NCBI GenBank assembly: GCA_963814585.1
Contig: CAWFDF010000004.1
Span: 320,001 to 384,000 of the forward strand
Source: an uncultured delta proteobacterium
GTDB lineage: Bacteria; Myxococcota; Myxococcia; Myxococcales; Anaeromyxobacteraceae
Length of the DNA stretch: 64,000 nucleotides
Direction: 5' to 3'
The translations under genes were made by a program, and so were the position numbers. Below, in pieces: positions 62,892-64,000 of the stretch; within the stretch, counting starts at the first letter, position 1, and the number at the start of each line of letters is the position of its first letter. Below the pieces are notes generated by a model that was not told where the DNA came from, searched no databases, and saw only the letters and a list, made by a program, of their open reading frames with translations.

Positions 62892-63874
62892 AGGCGGTCC
62901 GGTTCACCGGCAAGGGCGGTCCCGAGGTCGTGGAGCTGGCGGAGGTCGAGGCCCCGAGGCCGTCGCGCGGCGAGGTGCTGGTGCGGGTCAGGGCGGCGGC
63001 GATGAACCGGGCCGACCTCCTGCAGCGGCGCGGCCTCTACCCGCCTCCCCCCGGCTTCCGCGAGGACATCCCCGGGCTGGAGCTGGCCGGCGAGATCGCC
63101 GGGCTGGGGGAGGCGGTGACCGGCTGGAAGCTGGGTGATCGGGTCATGGCCATCGCCGCCGGCGAGGCCCAGGCCGAGCTGGCGGTGGTCCACGAGCGGA
63201 TGCTGCTGCGCGTGCCCGAGGGCATGCCGTTCGGCGACGCCGGCGCGCTCCCCGAGGCCGGCATGACCGCCCATGACGCCCTGTTCACCATCGGCGGGCT
63301 GCGCCCCGGCGCCGCCGTGCTCATCCACGCCGTCGGCTCGGGCGTGGCCACCGCCGCGCTGCAGATCGCCCGGGCCGCGGGTGCGTTCACCATCGGCACC
63401 AGCCGGACCGCCGACAAGCTCGAGAAGGCCCGGGCCCTCGGCCTCGACCATGGGATCCTGGTCGGGAAGGAGGAGCCGAGGTTCGCCGACGAGGTGAAGA
63501 AGGCGGCCGGGCGACGCGGCGCCGCCGTCATCCTCGACTTCGTGGGCGGCGCCTATGCCGCGGAGAACGTGGCCTGCCTGGCCCCGGGCGGCCGCATCGT
63601 GGTGATCGGGACCATGGGAGGCCCGCGGGCGCAGGTGGACCTCGGCCTGCTGATGCGGGCCCGCGGCTCGATCCACGGGACCGTGCTCCGGCCGCGGCCG
63701 CTGGAGGAGAAGATCGCCGCGACGCAGGCCTTCGGCCGCGACGTGCTTCCGCTCATCGCCGCCGGCAAGGTGAGGCCGGTGGTGGACGCCGTGCTCCCCG
63801 CCGCCCGCGCCCGGGAGGCGCACGAGCGGATGGAGCGGAACGACTCGTTCGGCAAGATCGTGCTGGAGTTCTGA
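62888..63874 (+). CDS. NAD(P)H-quinone oxidoreductase (zeta-crystallin/PIG3 family)
   Basis: NRADLLQRRGLYPPP, PGLELAG, IHAVGSGV, GKIVL. Confidence 0.92.
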   Translation: MKAVRFTGKGGPEVVELAEVEAPRPSRGEVLVRVRAAAMNRADLLQRRGLYPPPPGFREDIPGLELAGEIAGLGEAVTGWKLGDRVMAIAAGEAQAELAVVHERMLLRVPEGMPFGDAGALPEAGMTAHDALFTIGGLRPGAAVLIHAVGSGVATAALQIARAAGAFTIGTSRTADKLEKARALGLDHGILVGKEEPRFADEVKKAAGRRGAAVILDFVGGAYAAENVACLAPGGRIVVIGTMGGPRAQVDLGLLMRARGSIHGTVLRPRPLEEKIAATQAFGRDVLPLIAAGKVRPVVDAVLPAARAREAHERMERNDSFGKIVLEF

Positions 63875-64000
63875 CCTGCGGGCCGGCCCGGATCGTCTCA
63901 CCGGCTCCGCCGCCACCGACCCCCGCCCTCCGGATCCACGTGAGCTTCGCGCCGGCCCCCGATCGGCCCTCGGGCAGCAGGATGTGCGGCCTTGCCGCAT

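Overview
Very GC-rich bacterial chromosome segment whose gene content (triheme c7 cytochrome, sigma-54 activator, tRNA-Arg(UCG)) looks like Anaeromyxobacter or a related Myxococcota lineage; this assignment is inference. About 55 genes and one tRNA are present. I saw no CRISPR array, transposase or prophage. Many genes are split by single-base indels, most likely long-read assembly errors. Main points: (1) 1-13536 is a sigma-54-driven operon encoding a ~1950-aa secreted scaffold-like protein, three paralogous two-cupredoxin-domain proteins, a small exported protein and a probable S8 protease. The copper ligands are split between the paralogues: one has the T1 site plus half of the trinuclear His set, one has the other half, and one has neither. 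This suggests a heterotrimeric multicopper oxidase with ceruloplasmin-like topology, controlled by a divergent activator with a Cys/His-rich N-terminus. (2) An acsA-pdhABC-ACP operon with no E3. (3) A YxxPxL RiPP-precursor-like peptide near a radical SAM gene and a methyltransferase. (4) An uncalled small membrane ORF with an in-frame UGA followed by a SECIS-like hairpin, a candidate selenoprotein. (5) A riboswitch-like leader overlapping a terminator, inside a Na+/solute symporter, DUF294 nucleotidyltransferase and exonuclease locus. (6) An IMPase/ADP-ribosylglycohydrolase fusion translationally coupled to a PafBC-like WYL pair, followed by xth. (7) A TldD with a Tat signal. The rest is housekeeping or accessory: nikR, thpR, AmmeMemoRadiSam, rfbBD, acyl-CoA dehydrogenase, MFS, pirin, lipocalin, J-domain protein, ferredoxin and quinone oxidoreductase.
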